In this document: positions 23,101 to 32,171 of the stretch, in pieces
Layout of the letters: every line of letters begins with the position of its first letter
Numbering within the stretch: position 1 is the stretch's first letter
Source: Nemertoderma westbladi
Taxonomy: Eukaryota > Animalia > Xenacoelomorpha
Direction of reading: 5' to 3'
DNA length: 51,529 bases
Assembly (NCBI GenBank): GCA_032718475.1
Contig: JAUCBJ010008239.1
Location: 1-51,529 of the forward strand
The notes under the pieces: model-generated
Seen by the model: only the letters and a program-made list of their open reading frames with translations
What the model was told of the DNA's origin: nothing
The model's database searches: none
Translations under genes and position numbers: made by a program

Positions 23101-26100
23101 GTCTTCCATAAGTCCACTTGATCTGATGAGATCGGCTCGTCCCACGTTAGTCCATCCTTCCATATACTGCGCATATAAATGCGGGCTTGCAGTATTACTG
23201 GACTGATGAATCCTAACGGGTCGAACAATCGGCTCAACTTTGACAAGCATGATCTCTTGGTCAGTGTGTTTCCTTGACTGTCCAGTCTCACCTTCACTCG
23301 AAAGTTGTCTGTGTTTGGGTCCCAAAAGAGCCCCAACACCTTAGTCGTCGGTAGTGGTTCGAACTCTAGGTCTATGTCACCACCTCCACGCTCAGTAGTT
23401 CCGAATGAGTCAACTAATTCGGCACTGTTTGAGGCGAATTTGGTGAGGTTAAAACCTCCGCTCGCCAAGCAGTCCCGTAATTGATGTGCTACTGTTGTAG
23501 CACGTTCTACTGTGTCGCAACTCTGTAGTCCGTCATCAACGTAAAAGTCACGTTCTACAATTCTAATTATCTCTGGGTCATACAGATGTTTCTGATCTCT
23601 AGCGGCTTGCTTCAAGGCGTACATCGTACAATTCGGGCTGTCTCTGGCACCGAAAACGCGAACTTGCATTTGGTAAGTCGCTGGTGGTAGACTTAAGTCC
23701 CCTTCCGGATACCAGAGAAACCGCAAACTGTCTCTGTCTCGCTCTAACGCTTTCACTTGGTGAAACATCGCTTCAACGTCGCAAGTAAAGGCTACTTGAC
23801 GCTGACGGAAGCGCATAATCACCCCCATAAGATAATTATTCATGTTCGGTCCATCCATCAACTCACTATTGAGGGACATTCCCTCAAACAGAGCCGCACA
23901 GTCATTGACTACGCGTACTTTATCTGGTTTGTCGGGATGTCTCACATAGTGATGTGGCAAGTAGTACGTCTGGTCTGTCACTCGCTCCGGGTTAGTCATT
24001 CGGATAGCGTATCCCTTCGTCAAATACGTCTCCATCTGAGTGTTGTACTGCAGATGGGCTTTCTCGTCCTTTAATAGACGTTGTCGGATTGAGTGTAGAC
24101 GTCTTAAAGCCAGTGGGTAGTTATTTATAAGTTTAGGACTTTGGCTACGCCATAACATACCCACCTCGTAATGTCCGTCCTCCGTCTGTCGGATAGTATC
24201 CTCCATGATCTTTAGAGATTGTTTCTCCTGTTCCGACATACAAGGGTCGTAGCTACCAGGTTCAGCTGTATCTTGTTCTAACCACCTGATAGTCTTCTCC
24301 GTTAATTCTTTGTCCAAGGCGGCTTGTTCCAACTGATGAATTTTCAACGCGTCATCGTCGATATCGATGGGCACTGTTGAAGTTATTGGGGTAGGTAGAC
24401 TCGCAAGCCTATCATCTGTCGTCGATGGAATCTCTAGCTGATTCGTCTTCTCCCCAAGTTCTAAACTCACCTTGTGGATTAGCTGCTCCTTGTGACTTAT
24501 CATACTAGTTACACGTCTGTGATGTTTTGTCGACTGTAGCGTAGTATGGTTCACGTCGTGTGAAAAGGAATGAATTGAGTTTGTAGTCAATAAACTACAT
24601 GTACTCTGTACGTCGTCTTCCTCGTCACTTACGTCCAGTGTGCGCACAGGCGCTCGAGTATACCACCCTATCGGCGTTCTGCAGGCGTATGCGTTTCCTG
24701 CTACAACTGCCGATGGTCTGGTTTCCCACACCTGATGTAGGTTGAATTGGTCCGTCCCGATCAGCATTGCTACCGATCTATAATTGACAGGACATTCGGG
24801 TACACCAAGGTGTCTGAAATACTTACGGTCCTCCAGAGATTGTTCCGGCACTGGACCTAGTAGGTTACTAAAGTCCTTCGTGGCCGCAAAGGTTAGATCT
24901 CTAAAGGGCAACAAAGACCTCTCCCTCTCGCTGTGTTGCGATTTTGGAAGAAGAGAGTCTAAGTCCAACTTAACTCGTGTCACTGGTATTGCACGCTGTC
25001 CGTGCATACTACTTACTGTATAACTGACGTGCTTACCTTGTCTAAGATCTGTTACGACGTCAGCTATCTTTTCATCTACGTAACTGTGAGATGAGGCTGA
25101 GTCTAGAATCGCGTAAATCCTCTTACTCCCTTTTGTGCCAGTAACTTTAATCGGGATTACACTGAATCCCTTCAGTTGGTCAGTGGTCAGGAGCGCGATT
25201 GACGGTTGTTCGTCTCCATTTGAATATTCGTCGTCTTCTGATTCTTCGTCCGACGATCCGGATTGTTCTGAAAAGCAATCCTCTATATGGGTCACGAAAG
25301 TCGGAGTTGTTTTCGATTCCCGTTTTCGGTAAGCCGCATCACATCTCGCTGCTGCTTCCGGGTGTTCCCTGGCGAAGCGTTTCGTCGGCGTGTGGCTGTC
25401 TGTGTGGAGCAGACCGTCGTGGTTGCGTCCACAGGATGGACAAGTGTCGGTATTTGGGCAATCCTTACGGACGTGTCCGTGTTGCGTACACCGCCAACAA
25501 GAGTCCAGTGGCCGTATCTGCAGCCGTCGTTCTTCTGAGTTCAACTCGCGAAATTGTCGACAACCCCGTAACTTGTGACCAATATACCGCTTACCTAAAT
25601 GTTCGCAGTATTGGCAGCCGTTGAAGTCGGCGCTGAGTTGCTGTCTCGTCTGTTTTGTCCCAATGGGCGCAGATACTCTATTACCGTCTGAGAATTGTCG
25701 TGATTCCGTCGGTGTGGCGTAAGTGGCCGTCTTTGTGGATGTTGTCTGGGGTTTTTGTCGGTTGGAGGATGGCAGTGTGATCCCTTCTGCCACGATGTGC
25801 TGGTCGGTATAGTTAGATCGAGTTTCTACTACCGCCTCCCTGGATATTAAAAGGTACACATCTTCTAATTTCAGGAATCCTCCTCGCTCCTCTCGCTGAT
25901 ATTCGACCTTCCTCCACTCCCGACGAAGTCGATGGTGGAGTCGTCCTATTATCTTTAATAAAACGGTAGGGGTATTTCCGTAATCAAGTTGTCCAATTGA
26001 TCTTAAGGTAGTGATAGCGTTCTTGATTTCGTCAGCTAGTTTTAGTAAGTCGACGGGTTTAGTGATAGCCCCTCCCTTACAGAGTTCTTCTATTACTGAC

Positions 26101-28961
26101 CTGGCCATACTCACTGTACCTCCGTATATCGAAGTCAAACGATCGTACGCTAGTTCGAAAGCGTCTGGTACACCGACGAAAGTCTCCGCCAAACGTTTAG
26201 GTTCTCCTGACAACGTTTGGAGCAGGTAATTGAACTTCTCCCGTGATGTAAAGGCGCACACGGCGATCTGGGATTCGATATAGTCTACGAAGGTATGCCA
26301 GTGTTTTGAGCTACCGGAGAACTTCGGTGGTTGTTGTACCGGCAATCCCTGTCTGGCTGCGAATTTCGCTATCTCCTCGGCAACGTTCAGAGTTTCGCGT
26401 CCTTGGTTGGTAGTCTGGTTGATGTTCTCCCTTCTAGGCGCTTTTCCCTGATACGATGTGGGGTTTGAAGGTACCGGTCTTTGTGGTCCCTTCGGGTGTC
26501 TATTGTGTTCGAATTCGGAATTTCTCGAACTGTCGGTGTAACCTTCCTCCAGACGTTCCTCAATCCGGGCCAACTTGTTGACAATGTCGGCGAACTGTTG
26601 CGCACCGATCGCGCCCGCTGGTGGTAACGCCTTCTGTGTCGGTGTATTCTGTGGTGGATTATCTGCAAAAGAGTTGTCTGAACGCTCGCGTTTATATTCA
26701 TCGGCCGCCCCCGTTCTAAATACCTCGCGTTTCGGGTAATCCGATTCGCTCGAAGTACTACTATCATCTGGATATGGTGGTCGACGTGCTCGCGTTCGTT
26801 GCGTCGTTCGAATTCTAACGGCTCGTTTCGGAACATCGTCCACTGATCTCCGTTGTTCGGTAGGCTCACAAGTCTTCCTCGAAGTCGTAGATTGCGATGT
26901 AAACTGGTTGAACGGTCGCGTCTCCACTGTTCTCCGTTGTTCGGTAGGCTCACAAGTCTTCCTCGAAGTCGTAGATTGCGATGTAAACTGGTTGAACGGT
27001 CGCGTCTCCACTGTTCTCCGTTGTTCGGTAGGCTCACAAGTCTTCCTCGAAGTCGTAGATTGCGATGTAAACTGAACCGGTGGGCGAATGACAGCATTTG
27101 AAACCGCTGGCCTTGTTGGTCGAAACGTCATTGGGTAAGCGTAATGTGTAACGGGTTTTGGTGTCAAAGGTGGACTCACCTGTTTTGTCGTCAGTAGTGC
27201 AGGTCCGACTAATAAACTACTACGATCTGTAATCGGTGGGTTACTTACCTTGACTCTCGGAATAGGCGACGACGTTGCTCTTGGCGGTATAAACTCGTTC
27301 GGAATAACAAACCTGTGTTCCGTCGCACCATGGATAGGAGAAATATCACTACTACCCGCAATCGAAACAGGTTCCTTAGTCGTAACCGGTGCAAACATAT
27401 GAGTTACCTGTGGGAATCGTTGACACACGTCTTTTACTAATTGTCGTTCCCGTCCGGGTGCTCCTACGCTTCCTTCCTTCTTCCGTTCCTGAATTTGGCG
27501 ATGTCTTACCTCTAACTGGTCCAAATCATGTCCGTCGCGAGATCTCATCGATCGATCGCGGGCTAGAAGATCCAGATTTTCCTTAGTTTCGGCTAATTCT
27601 CTCGCCCTCTTCTCAAGTTCGAAACGAAGTTTAACTTCCTTTTCTCGTTGTTCCGTTTGTTGTTGTTGCGCCTCGAACTCTGCTTGTCGTATCGCTTGTT
27701 GGGCTTTTATTTGCCGTGTCTTCATCTCGACTCTGGCTTCCGAAACTACTCTTTGTCGCTCTAACTCTGCCGCAGCCGTTTGTCGCTCTAACTCTGCCGC
27801 AGCCGTTTGTCGCTCTAACTCTGCCGCAGCCGTTTGTCGCTCTAACTCGGCCGCTGCCGCTGCCGTTTGTCGCTCTAACTCGGCCGCTGCCGCTGCCGTT
27901 TGTCGCTCTAACTCGGCTGTTGCCGTTCGTTGCGCTAACTCGGCCGCTGCCGCTTGTTGGGCAATGTCCAACTCTAACCTTTCCATTTCGGCCGCTTCGA
28001 GTTCGGCTTGTTCCTGCAGATGAGAGATTCTCGCTACATTCGCAACACGTATTTTCTCTTCCTCTACTGCTGTTTGTATCATTAGAAGTTGAGCTTGTTC
28101 TTCTATCTCGTGTTGCTGTCTGTAGAACTGCTGCTGTTGTCGAGCAACTTCTGACGTGACTATACTTCCTTCGCAGATTTCGCTACGAATACTTACCAAT
28201 GATTGATTTAGTATTCCCGGTGCCGATTCGATTTGTGCGAATGAAGTTTCCCTCGTGTATTCCGGCACGGTTTCCAAATCGCCGACGTCTTCGCCGCACA
28301 TGCGTAAGTGGTCCGTCAGATGTTTCAATTGTCCATCCAGTCGGTACAATTCCTGTTCTTCCTCGGGTTGTAATAATTCGTCCGAAACTGACTCACCTAA
28401 CAACTGGTCCGCTTGTTCCTGTTGTATCTGTCTAATCGTCGACTTAAACTGAATCAGTTTCTCTCTAGTGATCATTAGTTTCTCGAGGATTCTAAGTTGA
28501 GTATCCATGTCCTGTCTCTGTCTAGCTAGATCTTGTAGGCCAACTAGATTATCTACGGACTTATATACTTTACTCTGTACTCTAACCTGGAGGGTGTAGA
28601 ACTCGAATCGAGACATCGGAGCGGTCAACCCGTCTAATATGCGTTGGCCTTCTCCAATACTCCTGGTTATATGCGCCATGTATCCTCCGACGCTTCTAAC
28701 CACACTTTCTGTGCTTCCTGCTGAACTTACCAATTCCGTTTCCCTGTATCTAGGTTGCGGAACAGTTAGAAAGTCCTCGGTCCTGCCGTCGCCTCGTACT
28801 ACGGCATCCGGTACTCCCGTTGGATGTACTGGTGACGCACACGGTGTAGGTTCGGTAGGCTCGCGAGTCTTCCCCTGTGGTTCTTCCGCTGCTGACTTAT
28901 CCGCGTCACATGAGTCATAGTCGGTTTGTGTATTTTTCGTATAGTCTTGTTTGTCACTCAT
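20175..28961 (-). CDS. gag-pol: BEL/Pao Gag-Pol polyprotein, 2,928 aa (Gag-PR-RT-RNaseH-IN)
   Basis: Gag PKFSGxxxxWxxF (DUF1759-type); three BEL knuckles (CQYC..H..C, CWRCTQHGHVRKDC, CPSCGRNHDGLLH); protease AILDSAS; RT YLPHH, CDVEAMFHQV, FYVDD; RNase H FSDAS, PRAELQAA, WTD, NPADIASRG; integrase HHCC, GIDCFGP, SDQGTNF, GGVWERLI. Confidence 0.97.
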   Translation of the reverse strand: MSDKQDYTKNTQTDYDSCDADKSAAEEPQGKTREPTEPTPCASPVHPTGVPDAVVRGDGRTEDFLTVPQPRYRETELVSSAGSTESVVRSVGGYMAHITRSIGEGQRILDGLTAPMSRFEFYTLQVRVQSKVYKSVDNLVGLQDLARQRQDMDTQLRILEKLMITREKLIQFKSTIRQIQQEQADQLLGESVSDELLQPEEEQELYRLDGQLKHLTDHLRMCGEDVGDLETVPEYTRETSFAQIESAPGILNQSLVSIRSEICEGSIVTSEVARQQQQFYRQQHEIEEQAQLLMIQTAVEEEKIRVANVARISHLQEQAELEAAEMERLELDIAQQAAAAELAQRTATAELERQTAAAAAELERQTAAAAAELERQTAAAELERQTAAAELERQTAAAELERQRVVSEARVEMKTRQIKAQQAIRQAEFEAQQQQTEQREKEVKLRFELEKRARELAETKENLDLLARDRSMRSRDGHDLDQLEVRHRQIQERKKEGSVGAPGRERQLVKDVCQRFPQVTHMFAPVTTKEPVSIAGSSDISPIHGATEHRFVIPNEFIPPRATSSPIPRVKVSNPPITDRSSLLVGPALLTTKQVSPPLTPKPVTHYAYPMTFRPTRPAVSNAVIRPPVQFTSQSTTSRKTCEPTEQRRTVETRPFNQFTSQSTTSRKTCEPTEQRRTVETRPFNQFTSQSTTSRKTCEPTEQRRSVDDVPKRAVRIRTTQRTRARRPPYPDDSSTSSESDYPKREVFRTGAADEYKRERSDNSFADNPPQNTPTQKALPPAGAIGAQQFADIVNKLARIEERLEEGYTDSSRNSEFEHNRHPKGPQRPVPSNPTSYQGKAPRRENINQTTNQGRETLNVAEEIAKFAARQGLPVQQPPKFSGSSKHWHTFVDYIESQIAVCAFTSREKFNYLLQTLSGEPKRLAETFVGVPDAFELAYDRLTSIYGGTVSMARSVIEELCKGGAITKPVDLLKLADEIKNAITTLRSIGQLDYGNTPTVLLKIIGRLHHRLRREWRKVEYQREERGGFLKLEDVYLLISREAVVETRSNYTDQHIVAEGITLPSSNRQKPQTTSTKTATYATPTESRQFSDGNRVSAPIGTKQTRQQLSADFNGCQYCEHLGKRYIGHKLRGCRQFRELNSEERRLQIRPLDSCWRCTQHGHVRKDCPNTDTCPSCGRNHDGLLHTDSHTPTKRFAREHPEAAARCDAAYRKRESKTTPTFVTHIEDCFSEQSGSSDEESEDDEYSNGDEQPSIALLTTDQLKGFSVIPIKVTGTKGSKRIYAILDSASSHSYVDEKIADVVTDLRQGKHVSYTVSSMHGQRAIPVTRVKLDLDSLLPKSQHSERERSLLPFRDLTFAATKDFSNLLGPVPEQSLEDRKYFRHLGVPECPVNYRSVAMLIGTDQFNLHQVWETRPSAVVAGNAYACRTPIGWYTRAPVRTLDVSDEEDDVQSTCSLLTTNSIHSFSHDVNHTTLQSTKHHRRVTSMISHKEQLIHKVSLELGEKTNQLEIPSTTDDRLASLPTPITSTVPIDIDDDALKIHQLEQAALDKELTEKTIRWLEQDTAEPGSYDPCMSEQEKQSLKIMEDTIRQTEDGHYEVGMLWRSQSPKLINNYPLALRRLHSIRQRLLKDEKAHLQYNTQMETYLTKGYAIRMTNPERVTDQTYYLPHHYVRHPDKPDKVRVVNDCAALFEGMSLNSELMDGPNMNNYLMGVIMRFRQRQVAFTCDVEAMFHQVKALERDRDSLRFLWYPEGDLSLPPATYQMQVRVFGARDSPNCTMYALKQAARDQKHLYDPEIIRIVERDFYVDDGLQSCDTVERATTVAHQLRDCLASGGFNLTKFASNSAELVDSFGTTERGGGDIDLEFEPLPTTKVLGLFWDPNTDNFRVKVRLDSQGNTLTKRSCLSKLSRLFDPLGFISPVILQARIYMRSIWKDGLTWDEPISSDQVDLWKTWEAELSSLEDYSIPRVYFPLQSTFPDNLELHCFSDASDNGFGVAAYLRRQVESDEFDVSLITSKAKTMPTKYMTTPRAELQAATLSTTIVNLIQTELQSSLQIFYWTDATLVLFYINNDTLEFKTFVANRRAEILDRSIKEDWRHCPGPQNPADIASRGMMPEEFCKPENKEFWQHGPQFLQKSTQDWPPLYDNKSNTIPKDAEIKKPKKGKTKKRTTAAKLKKKPKAKWKDITSKVKRGRLASLSTPDISPDGQPDMLLDSQPDILPDISQNVPPDASNTLTNSKAAVSLLERPSSDKQPDTLPDVSPDTLLDSRLDTSNVLTNNKAAVSLLERPCIDKLPILTHLGNHKHGETSCIADVGSTYANVNTGVTLRSRDIPNLQPVVRPGINVGRKISLPKPADPIEFKPPLTIDLQSTDNQGKKTKKDKLLVDPDGSTVNKGILTGGPVGPSSNSKPSKFSIDLPDDVTNTYVDRIVNLTDSWSNACRKLAWIVRFVQYVKGKRDFTRRLTLAEIDRCEIKLIRHYQLRYFAREFTSINQGQPIKSSPILSWSPIIYNGLICHKSRLQNIDFNTNFRYPIIIPQHHELQRAMILDAHLHLKHAGRHHCLSYLRTRFVLIRPSKALSSVTRTCIICKKVHSRIGTQEMSELPQARLQAFRPPFTETGIDCFGPIHTKRGRILVKRWGLIFTCMSSRAVHIERVMDLSTNAFILALRRFIARRGLVKCLYSDQGTNFVGARNEIARAFKKLDHDQISNELQPHKIVWKFNPPDSPWRGGVWERLIRSIKTAMAKVIPVNHILTDDQLTTLFVEIEAILNTRPIVLVPDDKQSQFALTPAHLLMQAPTTLTPLSIPMESDSYGRKAWKITQLLANKFWEIWQNHYLPSISARTNWYNNTRALKPGDHVLLAEVNLKRRFWITGVILATHPSMDGVTRTVTVRTIDGRTVDRPTQRLVLLEETRNESGDYKSPPNTSK

Positions 28962-29043
28962 TTCGGTAGTTGTAAGTCAAGTGAAGTGAGTGTCAAAGTA
29001 TCGAGTTTACCGTATTTGTATAAAACGGTACTAATTACAGTCA

Positions 29044-29168
29044 TATAAAATTAGCCTACCGGCCGATTTTATAGCAGATGGATAAAATTAGCCTAAACGG
29101 CCAATTTTACAGCAAATAAATGTCACGGAATAAGTATATAATAAAATTAGCCTAGCGGCCAATTTTAT
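29044..29168 (-). other. Three tandem hairpins in the 5' leader (packaging/dimerisation signal candidate)
   Basis: Three copies of ATAAAATTAGCC-(4-5 nt)-GGCCRATTTTA just upstream of the gag ATG. Confidence 0.55.
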
Positions 29169-29762
29169 AACAAATAAATCAGATAACGATATGCGTTATC
29201 AAAAGGTAAATTAAATACAATAATACGGACTAATTCAGCAATGAACAAAGAAATCGTACGGAATGCATAAATACTTGAGACAGTGGAACCCACAATAATT
29301 TTAACTAAATACGGTAATGCCTAACTTATTTATGCAACTTTTCGAACTCACCCACTCCAATAATTCTCCAGAAAAACAGATTCCCAGATACAAACCGAAC
29401 GTGAACCTTTCCGTTTTTTAACGTTGCGGACGAAACGCGATTTTCCCAACCAAAGTTGTTGAGTTATCTATCTCCCAAACTTGCTAAACACGGTCTTGCT
29501 CCCGTTACAGTCTAGAAAATGAGTTCTGAATCCTGAAAAACAAAAGAGTTAGGTTTTACTTTACGAAAAATTTTGTACCGGTACAATATGGTATTTAAAC
29601 CCTTTTAAACACCGGTATTCAATTCCAAAAAATATTTTACACGCGGTTCAAATCAAATTTTATTTCAAAAAATTAGCACTTAGCTAATCAAATACAAAAT
29701 TTTACCTCAAAATACAAAATTTTCAAATAACTTTAGTCCTACCGAACCGTAGTTCAGTAAAA

Positions 29763-29773
29763 CATATTCCTAC
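29763..29773 (-). other. Primer-binding-site position, non-tRNA type (GTAGGAATATG)
   Basis: Abuts the 5' LTR, lacks TGG, and is the exact reverse complement of LTR positions 30828-30838. Confidence 0.6.
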
Positions 29774-31254
29774 TAAATTGGAGAGATACGCCTATTCCTA
29801 CTATCGGAAGAGACGGTAACAATACCTGCAATATCCTACTGTAAAGTTTGTAAATCAAATCATAAATCCGACCTTCTCACCAAAACAGTAAACCCCAAGT
29901 AAGCGAATATATTGCAGTATCGATCTCTTTTAACCGGTGAGGCAGAAAACAGTCTACGAGCAGACAAACTTCGATAAAACAAAATCCCGCGCAGCGAATC
30001 CTAAAATCAGGCTGACTCACTGACGGACTAAGAGGCTCGTATACTTTGCCGCGGTGTGATTTATATATGGTTGGGCAAAGGGACGCTAGCTAGGTACAGA
30101 GCAGATTTGGAGATGTCTAACTAGCGAGCAAAGTGCAGTAAGGACGAAAGTTAATTTTATATATTTCGAGGTGTAAATAATTTCTAACGCACGTGTGTTA
30201 ATTCTGAACGGTCAAAGCAGTTTTGCTCCTTCACATATATAATTACTGGGTATGGTGTGCATTTTACGAATATTCTAATTTGTAACTTGTAGGTCCAATA
30301 CTCACGAATGATAAGGTTCCTTCCCCTCTTGCGTATTTCCAGGACTCAAATTCAGGCATAAGGTTAATACTACGCCCAGAATTCGGCAATTTTAGGTACC
30401 AGGTCCCTGATACTAAGAAGAGATGTGTTAGTTTACTACTGTAGGCGTACGGGTACTAATAGCTATCCTGGCTCCTATCTAGAATTTTAGTCACCCAGGT
30501 AGTCCAGGTAACTTCCTATTAGGGCGTTGGCGGGGACACGGTAGATGTTAGTATATCCCTGATAGCCTCAATTTATTTGCGCCTAGCGTAAACTGCCCTA
30601 CCGCCTGAACGGTACAATCCCAATTCAGGTGAAAACACAGCAACCCCTTTAGCCTACAAGTTCTGATGTAACGGACACCGTTGTACAGTAAATAGTCGCA
30701 CACACACCTGTACTTAGCAAGAGTTAAGCGTACAGTTTGCTGCACCCTAACCAATGTGTATGCCTTGTACCGGTGTGCCTACGTCCTATCTGCGTACTAG
30801 TATCTGCTCTCTCTCTCTCTCCCCCCCGTAGGAATATGAAGGTCTACTGCGGTTTTTCCTGAATCAAGACAGTACAGTCCCTATGATGTAATTTTAGGCT
30901 TGCAGCGTGTCACTACGTCTACCTTTGATCTTTTGGTCTTACACTTAGGTAGCAAGGATCGAACGCTGTCTAACCTTTCAGGCGATGGGCGAATAACTAG
31001 ATGGTATTGCGGGTTGTCTCCCGTCTACATTCCCGTGATGTTCCCGTTCATTGCTGCGGCCCGATCTCTAGCTGGCCATCCTGTCCCTGAGTTTGTTCAC
31101 CGTAGTGAAACCATATTAAAACAGATAGAAAAGGGCTGAGATGTGACTAGTATTTCTGACTTTATTACAAAACATATAATAACTATTATACAATAAACAA
31201 TGTAATCTGAAATAAGACAGAAAGCGAATGATGGAAATTGCAGTAGTGATTGAG

Positions 31255-31423
31255 AACTAATGAACGAATCGCACCTTTATATACTAAATTTGTGCCGCAA
31301 TCAATCGAGAAAATTCTCGATTGTTCTATGGGTTCTAACAAGGTTTTAAAGATAGCTTATTGGTCCAGCTAATATATAACTTGCACGACATTGGTTACAA
31401 TCAAATAACTACAGCCTTATTGG
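31255..31423 (-). promoter_or_regulatory. Candidate Pol II promoter in the LTR: three CCAAT boxes, TATA box, Inr
   Basis: CCAAT near 31422, 31393 and 31363, TATATAAAG at 31283-31275, TTAGTT at 31260-31255. An AATAAA lies about 95 nt downstream. Confidence 0.5.
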
Positions 31424-31480
31424 TACAGACAAATGCAATTAATTTGTAGCGGTTAATTTAAATGAGTTGAAATTCTGCAC

Positions 31481-31567
31481 AAAAAATAATTCGCACTTAC
31501 TAGGATTTGAACTCGATACCTACTATACTTATAATTTCCAACGCTCTACCAACTGAGCTACTGAACC
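31481..31567 (-). ncRNA. tRNA-derived Pol III-like unit inside the 5' LTR (U3)
   Basis: Same sequence as 16434-16520: A box, B box, T6. Confidence 0.55.
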
Positions 31568-31693
31568 ACTTGACCGATAGATGCATAATAGATAGAACCA
31601 ATACTAATGAGAACTCAAAGCAATCTTTACAAAGTTAATTCGAATAAAATAAAATTTTGAAAATCCACGGCATTTAGGGAATATAATTCTATA

Positions 31694-31794
31694 TACGGGA
31701 ATAATTACGGTAAGTTCCTGGAACAATTACAGTAAGTTCCTCGTCCCTGGAATAATTACGGTAAGTTTCTGAAACAATTACAGTAAGTTTCTGG
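31694..31794. repeat. Continuation of the 29/22-bp satellite after the retrotransposon
   Basis: Same GGAACAATTACRGTAAGTT units resume immediately after the TSD. Confidence 0.9.
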
Positions 31795-32171
31795 AGAGTT
31801 GGGTTCATTGCCATAAGCTGTTTAGAGAATATTGCTTTAGTTTACGTAACACAAAGTTAGAAGCGAGCTAATTTCGTAATATCTGATATACAAAATCATG
31901 TTTCTAGTAGTGTGCCTAATGGTGTCTCACACCCTGGTGTGTGTCGTAATCTCTTTGAAATGATACTTCTTATTTTTTTGAATACCGTAACTCAACCCCC
32001 GGTCATTGAAAATAAGAGATTATGATTGAACAATGAACAACCTTTGATATTATGACATAATTTTTATTTTTTATTTGTTTATTGTATATTGTTTATTTAT
32101 TTGTGAATTTATCGTGAATCGGATTTGATAATATGGATTAGGAGATTATTACGGTTGGTGGAATAGCCATA

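Larger units (their letters stand above)
14727..31693 (-). mobile_element. Full-length BEL/Pao LTR retrotransposon (16,967 bp)
   Basis: Two 1,920-bp direct repeats, 5-bp TSD TACGG (14722-14726 and 31694-31698), intact gag-pol with BEL signatures. The empty-site sequence is reproduced with one mismatch in the satellite near 14281-14340. Confidence 0.97.
29774..31693 (-). repeat. 5' LTR (1,920 bp), termini 5'-TATAG...ATTTA-3'
   Basis: Direct repeat of 14727-16646. Boundaries are fixed by loss of identity and by the TSD. Confidence 0.95.

Noticed and set aside
30026-30067. Second TATA/Inr pair near the U5 end of the LTR
   Set aside because: Spacing of about 38 nt is too long for a confident core-promoter call.
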